Shown in pieces: positions 12,801-24,609 of a DNA stretch of 40,936 bases. Numbering within the stretch: position 1 is the first letter of the stretch; each line of letters opens with the position of its first letter. Origin of the DNA: Azolla caroliniana. Taxonomy: Eukaryota; Plantae; Polypodiophyta. The stretch is from positions 1 through 40,936 of the forward strand of contig JBHGNT010000276.1 of NCBI GenBank assembly GCA_043228905.1, in the 5' to 3' direction. Position numbers and translations under genes: made by a program. The notes under the pieces are model-generated. The model saw only the letters and a list, made by a program, of their open reading frames with translations, ran no database searches and had not been told where the DNA came from.

Positions 12801-13643
12801 CAAAGAGGGGATGATTTATCTTTGGAAACAAAGAATAGTGGTCCACTTTCTATGGCAATAACTTTAGACGAATGGGCAAAGCTCGATAAAGGAGTATTGG
12901 AAGGTGATAACGACACAAAAGAAAAGAGTTTGGCCATTTTAGCTGCTCATAATGCATTTCAACGAGACTGGGATGGGAACGATGGTAAAAGAGCTTATGC
13001 GAAGAAGGGAGGTATAATGGGGAACACTCTTATGATTGCCATGCTTGTTCAACTGAGAGATCCTCTTCGTAACTTTGAACCTGTGGGAGCACCCATGATG
13101 GCACTTATTCAAGCTGAAAGAGTTATGGTACCCCCTAAACCGCGAATTGGAAGAAGAGTATCAGTGAAGGGTAATAATGAACAAGAAGATGGTGATGGTG
13201 GTGATGGTGATGGTGATGGTGATGATGAAGTGAAAGGGAAAGCAAAAGGTTCGTTTATGAAAGAAGATATGCCACAATTTAAACTCATGGGCGTTCACAT
13301 GTCTGGGTTGAAATCAATAGAAGGTGATGATAATGAGGTGAAGGCTGGGAAAGGAAGTGAGATTCAAAAGAAAAGCTGGGGTAGTCAAAAGCAAATTCAA
13401 TCGGGATCTCGTTGGTTGCTTGCACAAGGGATGACAAAATCATCTTCAAAACAACATTCACTTCTAAAGTCTAAAGGTGGTACTGCGCCAGCACAAACTA
13501 AAGTAAAACCTGGTGAGACACTTTGGAGTATATCAGCACGAGTGAATGGATCTGGGCAAAAGTGGCGGGATCTGGCAGCTTTGAACCCTCATATAAGGAA
13601 TCCAGATGTCATCTTTAGCAATGAAACAATAAGAACGAGGTAG
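9881..13643 (+). CDS. PMIR1: PLASTID MOVEMENT IMPAIRED 1-related protein (NT-type C2 domain, C-terminal LysM-like motif), about 1199 aa
   Basis: Exon 1 9881-12303 (ATG at 9881; the track start at 9866 is TTG), intron gtgaag...tcacag, exon 2 12467-13643; 3600 nt in frame. Motifs FWNWRPFRA, NT-C2 (FSLHVKAIHGLP..LTIHWKR..FDETL..HHVDLSRLLP), EPDSPRERLL, GGSLRSM.P.LF, YVSLEDLAPLAM, QLRDPLRNFEPVGAPM, GSRWLLA.GM, LWSISARVNGSGQKW..LAALNPHIRNPDVIF. Confidence 0.93.
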
Positions 13644-15345
13644 AGCACGTTCATTCGTTCATTATTGTGTTTCCTAAAGAGCAAGTGTATAAGGAAAGGC
13701 CACTCCGAAAAAGCAATTTCACGTTAATTCGGGTTCTTTATGGGCTTTGCACCTTCACTTTTTACCTATATATTACAATATTACTGTGGGCCTCCTGATT
13801 GGTTGTCATCATCATTTGTACACACCTTAATAGTCTGCTTTTGGTATTCAGACCAAAAATATATAATGATTTTTCGAGGCCGGTATGATAAACAAAAGAA
13901 ATCGTATGTAAAAAAGAAGTTAGAACTGGTTTGATTTTTACGACTCCACTATTTTGGGCATACAATTTCTAATAAAAAGGGTGACAAAGTGTTCTGATGG
14001 TTTGGGGCTTCTTGTCACTTCTCCCATTTAAGTTCCATATTAACATATCCTGTCTGAGTTTTTAAACTCATATTGCTGATATTTTTAGTGGATTTTGTTC
14101 TGGAGAAAACATGGAGCAAAGATTCAATATTGTCTATGTATTCGGAATCATTAGGCAACCAATAAGATAGATTAAGCTTCCCATAAAGATAAGGACATGT
14201 ATATTTTCCATTAGAAACTCAGCAAGTGGCTTGTGGCATAAAATCAGCAAAAATGGCCACATCACATATTTAGCTTGTAAGATATGCGTATTCCTTTTGA
14301 AGCAAACAACTTAAGCTTAGTGGGATTCATATGTAATGAGAAAAACCACCAAATCACAAATGAACTTTGTTAGCTTGGAGGAAGTGTCAAAATGAAGAAT
14401 CAATTGGTTTCCTATTGTGATGAGTAATGCATATGGAATCCATTACTTCACTATAATGATATTAATGACCAATAAGATTGTGCTCATCTATCTTGGAATG
14501 TAGATGTAGTTTCTTCAACCTACAACTAGTTTGATTGTAATGACCAAATTCGGAGCAACGTTTATGAATATGCTATAAAGAGTGTTTTCAAGTAGTCATA
14601 CAATGATTAAAACAGAGCGCGTACAATGCGCTCTTTATTCTCTCTTATTTTGTAGAGAGATTGTACATATCGATTTTCTTCCTTGTATAGAATATCATTT
14701 GGTACATATGCATTTGCAAATTTATGTGACGTACAATATCCTAGAAATGTTTGCGTTATTGTGTCATGGCTACTTTCAAGGTTCTTTTATTCAAAATTCA
14801 TATGTTCTTGAATGCAAACTAACATTAAATGTGATGATGTAATTTCAAAGTAATGTACATTCGTTGGGTTTTCACATTCCTTGTATGTTGAGCATGCATG
14901 TCTTATTTGAGCATACGTAAAGAATATAAAGTGTGGAGTGAACTCATCAATGGCACTTCCAAAAGGGTAACAATGACAAGTTTTTGAAATTGTCGGTTTG
15001 CTATTCAATTAATACGTTCGTTGACCATTCAATTTGCACCAATACACCTTTTCCCTTTGTTTATGTTGTATGTGCATGTGCCCTTTAGCCACCGTTGTTT
15101 TCATATTTGTATTCCATGCATAGTCACTTGTCAACCATGATTCTATGTTATTGTAGTTCCCATGTTCGTGTGCTCTTTGGGCACCAACAAATACCTCATT
15201 GACAATAGTCCTATTGGAAATTTGTATCTCTGGAAAATGAGCTATTTCTTTGCCTCTCGAGAACCATGTGAAAATTACCTCTTTATGTAAGAGTCTTGAG
15301 CATGCTTGTATTTTACCCATGGCCATGAAAACATAAACTATAGTT

Positions 15346-16281
15346 GACATGGAGTTAAAAGCATATCTATGAAAGTGGATGGGAGTATTAATGTTGTGTT
15401 TTTGTTTATTGGAACAAGTCGAAATTCTTTCCTCAGTAAAGTGTTCGTCTTGCCTACTAAGGGTTCAAAATGTCCTGTTACCCATGTGGCGACCACACCA
15501 CTTAGTTGTGGTTCCAATATTGTAGCGTTTTTACACACATTTATTTATTACTATATGGTGTGATTTCACATGCACGCACACACACACATAGATTATGTCT
15601 ATCATAAATTGAGCGAATTTAGAGTTTGGTAATTGGTGAAGGTATTGAATGTAGGACACATTACCCAAAGTATGAGAGGGCACTATGTAATGAAGGACCC
15701 ATATGACGATCTCATCTTCCTTTGGTGGGTAATGCCGGTGGCTTTAACACATTTCGAATGATACATTTTTTTACATATAATGATAGAGGAGGATACCCAA
15801 TTGCAAAAGCCATTTGGTTTAGTTGTCAAGACAACTTTGGCCCATCATATTTATGTGGGAAAATATTGTTATCCTTTTTTTTTCACTGGTTTTTTTTTTG
15901 GTTCAAGGAGCCAAAGGTTTAAACTTTATCCTCCCCATAATAAGCTAAGGTTGTCTTTTTTACTATACCTTAAGTATGAGAGAAATGGGCTCACCCTAGT
16001 GGGTTCTATTCCCAATTTTCTCATCTCTCTCTCTCTCTCTTTGGTGAAAACACACAATTATATTAATAAATGTGGGTAAAAAACACTACTTACAATGGGC
16101 GTGACCATAAAGTATGGTCACCCACTAACTACACTACACTACATGGGTAATGGAACATGTTGAATTGCCAATAGACAAGACGAACATTCCACCGAGGAAA
16201 GGATTTCCACTTGCTCCAATAAAGAAAATTGTCATATTAGTACTCCCTTCAACTTTCATAGATATGTTTTCACTCCATGTC
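15346..16281. mobile_element. Long inverted-repeat (fold-back / MULE-like non-autonomous) element with arms of about 230 bp
   Basis: 15346-15570 aligns with the reverse complement of 16043-16281 (gacatggagt.aaa.catatctatgaaagt.ga.gggagta.taat ... tgttcgtcttg.cta ... ttacccatgt). A partial copy lies at about 24530-24607. No TSD found. Confidence 0.7.
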
Positions 16282-16460
16282 TACCATCGAATACAAAAGC
16301 GTTGCGCATATTATTCCAATTATGACGCAATCCCCAATATCTCAAAAATAGAAAAACAATCTCCATCTCTAACTTTGGCAAATTGTACAAACACCCTCAT
16401 AAAACTTACCAAATTTGAGAAATGTAACTCCAGAGAAGCAATAGGGTATTGTACAAATCT

Positions 16461-16497
<37 letters not shown>

Positions 16498-16553
16498 TTT
16501 CTTGTTCTTCAATCCTTATACTTAATTAAATCTTCACCTCTCTGCCATCGGCC

Positions 16554-16680
16554 ATGGCGACGTTCAGCTCCTACCTCGCAGATCTCTCCCACCGTTGCCC
16601 GCTTCTTGCCTCACCTTCATGGTCCGCTGTAAGTCTTCATCTCCCTCTCTGTCTGTCTTTTGATTCTTGAATTTCAGTGT

Positions 16681-16724
<44 letters not shown>

Positions 16725-16828
16725 GGCTTTTGATTCACGACCTCAATGTCCTCTCTGTCTGTCTGTCTTTTGATTCATGACTTTCAATGTGCTCTCTCTC
16801 TATGTTTTTTTATTCTTGAATTTCCATG

Positions 16829-16872
<44 letters not shown>

Positions 16873-19800
16873 ATTCACTGGTTTCAATCTGGTCTCTCTA
16901 TGTCTTTTGATTCATGACGTTAAATGTTCTCTGTCACTCTCCGTCTTTTGATTCATTACTTTTAATGTTCTCCCCCCCCCCCCCCCCCCCGTTTCTGCAC
17001 AATACCAGGCTTTTATTCTTCTCTGCTACTTTTTTGTCCTTGCGCTTCTGGATCGTCTTCTTCCTGGACAAATCATTCCAGGATCTATTCTTGTAGATAA
17101 GAGCAGAAAATATTACAAGTGCAATGGTTAGTGCTTCTTTTTCTTTCCTTTTTTCTTCATACATTTTTCTTTTCCATGGTGTAAGTGTGAAAATCATCGG
17201 ATTATCTATCTATTAACATCAAAGATAACGGAAATGGAAGGTACATTGTGATGTTTTACGCAGAAACATGGAGGATAGTGTATTTTTTAGGTTGATTAAC
17301 CAGAATTCTTTAATAAATCAGAATTCCCTATCTATGTTTCTATGCATAAAACCAGATGTTTTTCTAGATACTAAAAACTAGAATTAAAAATAATTAAATT
17401 ATATACACCAGGTCACATCCAAAAAATTACTCCCAAAGATCTTGACTAGTAGGTATTTGATTAGTTGCAACATAATGTTTTTCATAAACCTGTTTTTATA
17501 ACGTTTTTCAAAGCCTTCTTCATGCTGATTTCATTTGAATCCTTTAGTACATATTAATGATCAGTACACTTGGTATTACCTCAATATTTCAAGTCATTGC
17601 ACGTATAGTAATATTTAAGTTAAATTCAGATACCTATACAAGTCAGTGTTTTCCTTCCTGTTCCTTGTATATTTGATAATTGACAGGCTTATCATCGCTC
17701 TTGCTGCTGCTGCTCGCATTTATATTAGGTGCAAACATGCAATATTTCAACCCAGCGGTAAGAGGCATGAGCGAGATAGACGAACAAAACTTTTTGTGGA
17801 CTTTCTCGATTTTTTCCTGCTTGGCATTTCTAATTTGTAAATTTGGATGCCGCTGCTTTTGAAAGACCAAAGCTTATTCGTTAAGGAATCTAAGATTAAA
17901 TGGAAGTATGCCACTATTTTCGGAAATGCTGATTGAAAACACCATCCCATTGCATAGGTGCATTAGTGAAGGTCTGAAGACAGCTTTTTGTTTAGAAGAA
18001 AGGATATTTAATTAGTGCACAAATCAAATAATGAAGGGAAAACTGTGATCACAATCATTTGGCCCAATTTGGAAAATTTTAAATTAAACTAAAGTTATGT
18101 TTTTAAAAGCATATTCTCATAGCTTTTCATGTACTAATTCAGGTCTTCACTACAGGTTATAGCAGATAAAGGTGGAGAGCTTTTATCCACTATACTCACC
18201 CTTTCTTTCTTGGTAAGCATATCACCTGTAAGCGTGAGTCCACCTATTTTGCATTCATGCATTTGCATCCTTGCCTGAAGGTTATTCCTCCTTGTTCTGC
18301 ATAAATTTGTTATTACAATATTCTGCACATTGTACTTGATTCCTTAGTATGTGGTTGTATCATCTTGTCTGCTGCTGTAGTTCTGTCTTGCCAATGTTTG
18401 GAATTCTTTTTGTCACTTGGATGATCGCATTTATTGAAGAGAACCACTGGACAAGACTGAGCAGTCAAGCTATTGGTTTGGTATCATTGCAGCTCTGCGA
18501 TGAGTAGATTGTTTCATTACATCCGGGTGAATATTTGCTACTAGGTAGACTTTGAGAAGAGAACCTAGGCATGAAGGATTTGCTGGTCGGTGGTGATAAA
18601 GTTGCTCACTTGTATTATTTGTGTACAATAAGTGTCAGACTTCTGAGAAGAAAAGATGAAGTTATTGATTGTAGTCACTGATAGTATAGGATATTGAAAA
18701 TCAAGAGCACTGAGCATACATGATTTGTTAGTCATCCAATGCAATGCTAGACGTTCAAGCCTCTAGGAAGATAGTGGTAATTCTGGTAACATGTTTTTGC
18801 GACAAACCATGATGCTTCATGGACGGTGGCCACAAAATGTTGCCAACAGCCTTTCAACTCCTGTTCATAAAGTAGCATAAAACAAAAAATATGCTGAAGA
18901 ATATGTACTGGTGATTAGATAGATAGAGATTATGTTGTCTATTAATGTTGAGCTCTCTATACTGCATGACAGAACTGGAACTTTTGCAAACATAGCAACA
19001 ACTCAGAAGTTGGCGCTTGTCCAAACCCAATAATCTACTGTCTGTGTTGATGTGAGCTGGGTCTGAGTATTACTGTGGTTGGCAACTTTCCTTTATAATA
19101 CAATAATAACTAAGAGAAGTATTAATGTGTCTTGAGATGAGCTGTGCTGTGAATATTCTTGTAGTAGCCGTTACCATTGAGGCAATGACGATGCTTGAGA
19201 AGTTTGAATTGGATACTACTGTATCTAGTTATCCTAAATGCAACTGTTGATAACTGATCTTAATATTTATTACCATGATATCTGGAACTTTTTTTCATTT
19301 CAGGCATCTTTGCTGATATTCATTGCCGGTAGTGTATCCCGAAGCAAAAGTGCATCATTAAGACCTCATTTGACTGGAAACGTCATTCATGACTGGTGAG
19401 CATGCTTTTATTTGTGAATTAGAATTAATATTTAATGGATTTAATCTATGTAAGCATCTCTTTTAAGAAGAAAGATGGTAACATGTACCCCACAAAGACA
19501 CCATGTTCTCCTTTTTTTGGAATTACAGAGAAAAGTTCATATAATCTTAGGGTAGTATTTAGGATAATAGTTATGTTTCATATAATCTTACCCATTAGAT
19601 AAGTTTTTCAAGTGGGATTATGCTTTGATTTGTCTTTACAGACAAAACTACAAATCAGCATTAAAATGCATACCATTTAGGATAGTAATATGTTTACTAA
19701 AATCTGATGCATTTGACAATAGAAATTAGAACTACTGTCAATGGCGAAGTCTGATATCTGCCTCAATTGTTGTCGGATCAGAGGGTGGGAAAATTCAAAT

Positions 19801-22800
19801 AAGAGATGGATAAGAGAGGCAGAATCTGGGTTTGTGTCAGTGCTGTTCTAAAATCTAGAGGTGCATTGTAATTGAGGAGTCAATTATATACACGATGTTG
19901 TGTACATTGGATAGATTCTCAAATGTTCTTGTACATTTCAGCATTCTTTTAAATATTTCTTCAAACTAGTCCTTGCCTCCAAAACGTACTCTTATTGTTT
20001 TGCAGGTGGTTCGGCGTGCAGTTGAACCCAACCTTTTTGACCATTGACTTGAAGTTAGTTCAAACATTCCATTCTGTATTAATGTCTTTTATTTACGTGA
20101 CATGCTTCAAAAGAAATAATATGAATTATCAAAAGTTTTTTAATGTGATGTGTTTATCTGTCTTATTATCCACAAAATGTTGAATCAATTTTATTAGTAA
20201 GGACACAGAGATCATGCTCAATGATGCCCTGTCACTTTGCTCGACATGTTAAATGCACAAAACTTGGCCAAAGCCACGAGCACGAGAGCGTGGAAGTTAT
20301 TTTAAAATTTCTAATGCATTTTATCTAGATAACAAGCTTTTCTAGAAATAATAGCTGTTGCTAAAAGTTTTTGTTTGAAAAGAATGTATCTTTGATGTGT
20401 GTTTACCTTACCTGTCTTACTATCCATAAAATGTAAAATGATTTATTGAAGATATAGATCGTGCTCAAGTTTACCCTGTCATCTCGCTATTGCTAGACAT
20501 TTTGAACAAAAAAAACACCTTGGTCAAAGCCATGACCATGAGAGCAGGTGATCTTGGTCGAGAGTCATTTGGGGATAATTATAAATCAGATTGAGAAGTT
20601 TGAGTAACCATATCCATTCAGAAGATTGTTAGATAATGGGAAAGTAAAGGATAGTGAGGGAGCTGAGGCTTATATATTGGACTGATGGCTATTGATGATT
20701 GATGGTGAATCTGGATGAAAAACTAGCTTACCTACATGAATGAATTCACATTTCTATTCTTATTGGAACGTCAGGAACTCTTTTGATAGCTTCCATGGCT
20801 ACTATGAACTAGTCATATTTGTAAGTTTTTTTCAGGATTTCAAAGATCTCCACAATCATGAAATATCTTGGATGTCATGCTGAATGTAGAAATATTTTTG
20901 GAGGCTAGTTAGGTGCTATCAGCTACACTCTACAGTCTATAGCCCAATCTATATTGTTGTATCTTAAATGCAGATCATCCCTGTGCATAATAATGGTGGT
21001 TTTAAGTTTTTTCTGGCAGGAAAAGGTTCCCAACCAAGCAAATGATATTGCTTATAAACAAGATCTTTCAGGGTCTTTACTCCATGTTGGTCAATCGTTG
21101 ATGGTCTTTTTTTGGTTTTTATCAATTCCAGATGTTTATAATCAGGAGCTTGAAATATTTCCTCAGCTTGTTTCTGCCATTATTCTTGAGTTGAAGATTA
21201 TGCACATGATATGTGTTATTACTTGGAATATAATGAGCACCCTTAACATCATAGGAAATATTTTGCATCAGACTCCTTAATTTCCATTTTTTTTGGGGAT
21301 AACTGGTAGCAGTTCCATTGATTGTGTCATCTAATCTTTACAGTGACCTTGTCATTCACTTCTTGCTAATGTGTCTGTGGAGTAAGCTGTGGCAGAGATG
21401 ACATAAATTTCATAGGTGCTTGAGGACAGTTATCTGTTTCTTATTTATTCAAGTATGTAAAGTAGGTCTGGTGCCGATAATGACGTGTGAAACACAGCCT
21501 TAAATAGGGATTACATGAATGACATTTATAAAGAGTACAGGAAACCCATCTTTAAGAATAAGTAAACTTTTTGAGAAACCTATAGTTAACAGAACGGTTT
21601 TCCCAACTGGAAAATGAAACAAAGATCCTACAGTTATGGAAACTCATGTTAATGATGATTTACCCTATAATTATGGATGCTCATGCCAATGATGATTTTC
21701 ACAGGTTTTTTGCCATTAAGTCAGGTATGATGGGGTGGTTTTTCTTAAATCTATCAGTTGCAGCAAAACAACATCAAATTGAAGGAACACTTAGTCTACC
21801 AATGATACTTTACCAGTGTTTCTCGATGGTATTTACAAGTACAAATTTGATATTTATGTCAAAGATCTTTATTATTGCAATGCTTAACTTTTCTTTCTTT
21901 GGCAGATCTATCTGCTGGACTATTTCTGGTTTGAAGAGTTCATGACATCCACGTATGTAACAGAACAAAACATTACCTTCAAATTGTGTACGCTCTGAGT
22001 CAACTTGTGAGCTGTTAGATCGTTCCTACAGGGAATGACATGTGAAATTTTGGAGATGGTTTATGTGGTTGACTGATGGTAGATTGCTTTGATAGTACCC
22101 TGGCTCATACTTCGTTCGCTCTTGCTTATCATTGGTAGAAAGCCTTATAGGGGTATACCTGCATGATGGATTTTATTTCCCGTTATGCCTTGATGAATCT
22201 TGTTTCCTCCATAATATGATCTTCTGGAGATTATTCTCCTTAGCAACTGTAATTGAAATTGGTTAATTTACATTTTGTTTTATTGCAGTTTTCTCCCTTG
22301 TTATTCTTTATTCATAACTTTGTTTCGATGCAGCTGGGATATCATTGCAGAAAACTTTGGGTTCATGTTGATATTTGGAGATTTAGTCTGGATACCGTTC
22401 ACTTTTAGTATCCAGGTTTGTCATGATTATGGTAAAATAAGTTTAACATTAAATTTATTGTATTGAAACTAAAATATTAGATACCAATGAAGGGCTGGTG
22501 GCTATTGCGACACAAGCCGGAATTGACTGCTATTGCAGCTGCACTGAATGTTGTAATTTTTATATTGGGGTATGTGGTCTTCCACACATTCGAACAGTAT
22601 TATAGCTAATTTTGACATATCATGCAGATGTCTAACTGTTTTGTCTTTACATAGGTTTGCAATCTTCCGGGGAGCAAATATGCAGAAACATATTTTTAAA
22701 AAGGATTCAAGTGCCTTAATATGGGGCCAACCACCAAAAACTATTGGGGGAAAGCTCCTTGTTTCGGGCTTTTGGTAGAGCACATGCCTTCATTCAATGT

Positions 22801-23997
22801 GATATTTCGTATAAATGAAAATATATAAAACGCTTTGAAAATATATTAACTATAAAGTAAAATATTTTGAATTCCTTGATTTATGTAGATGATTATTACA
22901 TAGCCCAGATCTAAGCTGCTAAGACAATTGCATGAGCACTTAGAAAATTTAAATTCAAATGAGAAGAAAACAGGAAGCACTCCCCATCATATCTTTTCAT
23001 CCGATATGGGATACTCCTACTTAGTGATAGAAGCTGTTTATCTATAGCTTTAGGTAATGAAATCAAAGAAATGTGAACTTGAATGAGGTCACAATGTTCC
23101 TAGAATCTAAACCCGCATTAATTGATGCATTGCAAAATGTGAAAATACATTGACATTATTGTAGCAAAATTGCAAAAGCCTAAAACATGTTTTGTCTATA
23201 ACCGTACATTAAAACTTCAAGCTCAAAATCTAGTTTTGGTATGCTACATGTGATGTTATCCTGAACTTGGATTTAATTCCGGCACATTCTTTTTCCATTA
23301 TTTACAGAGAGGTCAAAAAATTAAAATAACTGTAATAGTGTGGCAGACAAAGTCAGGTTAGGGGCTTTACCCCTTGAAATTCTTCTAAGAAATGTCATTG
23401 CCGATGTTTGAAAATACCATGTGTTGTTCAGACACCGGCCAGGTTGGAGGACCAATTGAAGGTAAACCAGAAGAACACAGTCATCGGCTCCAAACACTGA
23501 TGCTATCATCTGCATTAAAGTGTTTCTAATATATAAACTAGAACAATGTTGGTGAAGACAATATGAGGACATCCACATTAAAGTGTTTCTAATATATAAA
23601 CTAAAACAATGTTTGTGAAGACAATATGAGGACAAAAATTCAGTCTGGTTTGACAGTATTATGGCTAACTAAACAGCTTGAATCTGCAGGGGGATTTCAA
23701 GGCACTGCAACTATCTTGGAGACATTGTTATTGCCTTTTCCTTTAGTCTACCTTGTGGGGCAAGGTAAATACATGATGGTTCAAAATAATCTGAAAAGTT
23801 CTGGCTTTCTTTTAGATAATGATTATCTGTTGAATATTTGCAGATCCATTATCCCCTACTTCTATCCAATTTATCTCTTTACTTTGCTTATTTGGAGAGA
23901 ACGGAGAGATGAAGCTAGATGCAATGAAAAATACCAGGACTTGTGGAAGCAGTATTGCAAAGTTGTGCCTTGGAGAATTTTCCCTTATTTATATTAG
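16554..23997 (+). CDS. FK: Delta(14)-sterol reductase (FACKEL/HYD2, ERG4/ERG24 family), about 379 aa
   Basis: Exons 16554-16628, 17009-17126, 17687-17757, 18156-18212, 19304-19395, 20006-20053, 21705-21828, 21906-21952, 22334-22415, 22493-22569, 22655-22774, 23690-23764, 23844-23997; 1140 nt in frame. Motifs [98 protein letters not shown]. Confidence 0.95.
16640..16990. repeat. Compound (CT)n / TGTCTTTTGATTCATGA minisatellite and poly-C in FK intron 1
   Basis: About seven degenerate ttttgattc(a/t) units interleaved with (CT)n runs at 16684-16720 and 16833-16870; C19 at 16972-16990. Confidence 0.85.
20145..20546. repeat. Diverged duplication of about 150 bp in FK intron 6
   Basis: 20145-20289 vs 20393-20545 (ctgtctta.tatcca.aaaatgt ... 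gatc.tgctcaa ... ccctgtca ... ttgg.caaagcca.ga.ca.gagagc). Confidence 0.75.
23513..23633. repeat. 63-bp tandem duplication in FK intron 11
   Basis: cattaaagtgtttctaatatataaacta.aacaatgtt.gtgaagacaatatgaggaca occurs twice with period 63. Confidence 0.92.
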
Positions 23998-24374
23998 TGC
24001 TATGCATAAATAAATGTAAGATTCTCAAGGATATAGGAGGTGCATTTGAACTGTTGTGTTATCTTTTTGGACACCTAATTGAATGCATCATTTTTATTCT
24101 TTATTCAGTTATTATTTTTCTTACATAATTCCAGTTTTTGTTGAATCTTCATTGCTGATACAATTTGTTTTAAAAGTTCCTACCTCATGTATGATTCCTG
24201 TAACTTGTAATTGATACAATATTGCATATGGAACTAAATGCTTGATTGGGCCAAATTTTTAATGATCAAAGTAATATTAGACTTTAAACGGATCAATGGA
24301 AATCAATATGGGTTCATCCATCATATTATAGATGAAATGTCGAAAAAGTATTATTCTCTCATTTTCATCATAGT

Positions 24375-24440
24375 TTGCCCTAGTGGTAAGTTGTTACACT
24401 ACTAGCACAATATGTCTTGGGTTCAAAACCTAGTTTTCTC
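24375..24440 (+). mobile_element. Possible tRNA-derived SINE head remnant
   Basis: A-box-like tgccctagtggtaag followed about 30 nt later by B-box-like ggttcaaaacc; no cloverleaf. Confidence 0.35.
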
Positions 24441-24609
24441 AATTCTCTATTACCTCGTACATCTCTTAATTACTAGATGCCATTGTGGAATGTAGAGTTG
24501 AGCCCATGACCTTTTGATCTCCATCTACTCTCTCTCTCTCTCTAGTGAACACATAATATACTCACCATTGCATGGATAATGGAACATGTTGAATTTCTAG
24601 TAGGCAATA

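Noticed and set aside
9545-12937. Many short overlapping or antisense ORFs over the PMIR gene
   Set aside because: They are shadows of the real CDS and of microsatellites (poly-W, RE repeats), with no independent motifs.
23321-23635. 104-aa minus-strand ORF with a repeated peptide
   Set aside because: By-product of the 63-bp intronic duplication.
24375-24440. tRNA gene
   Set aside because: Only degenerate A/B boxes; no acceptor or anticodon stems could be folded.
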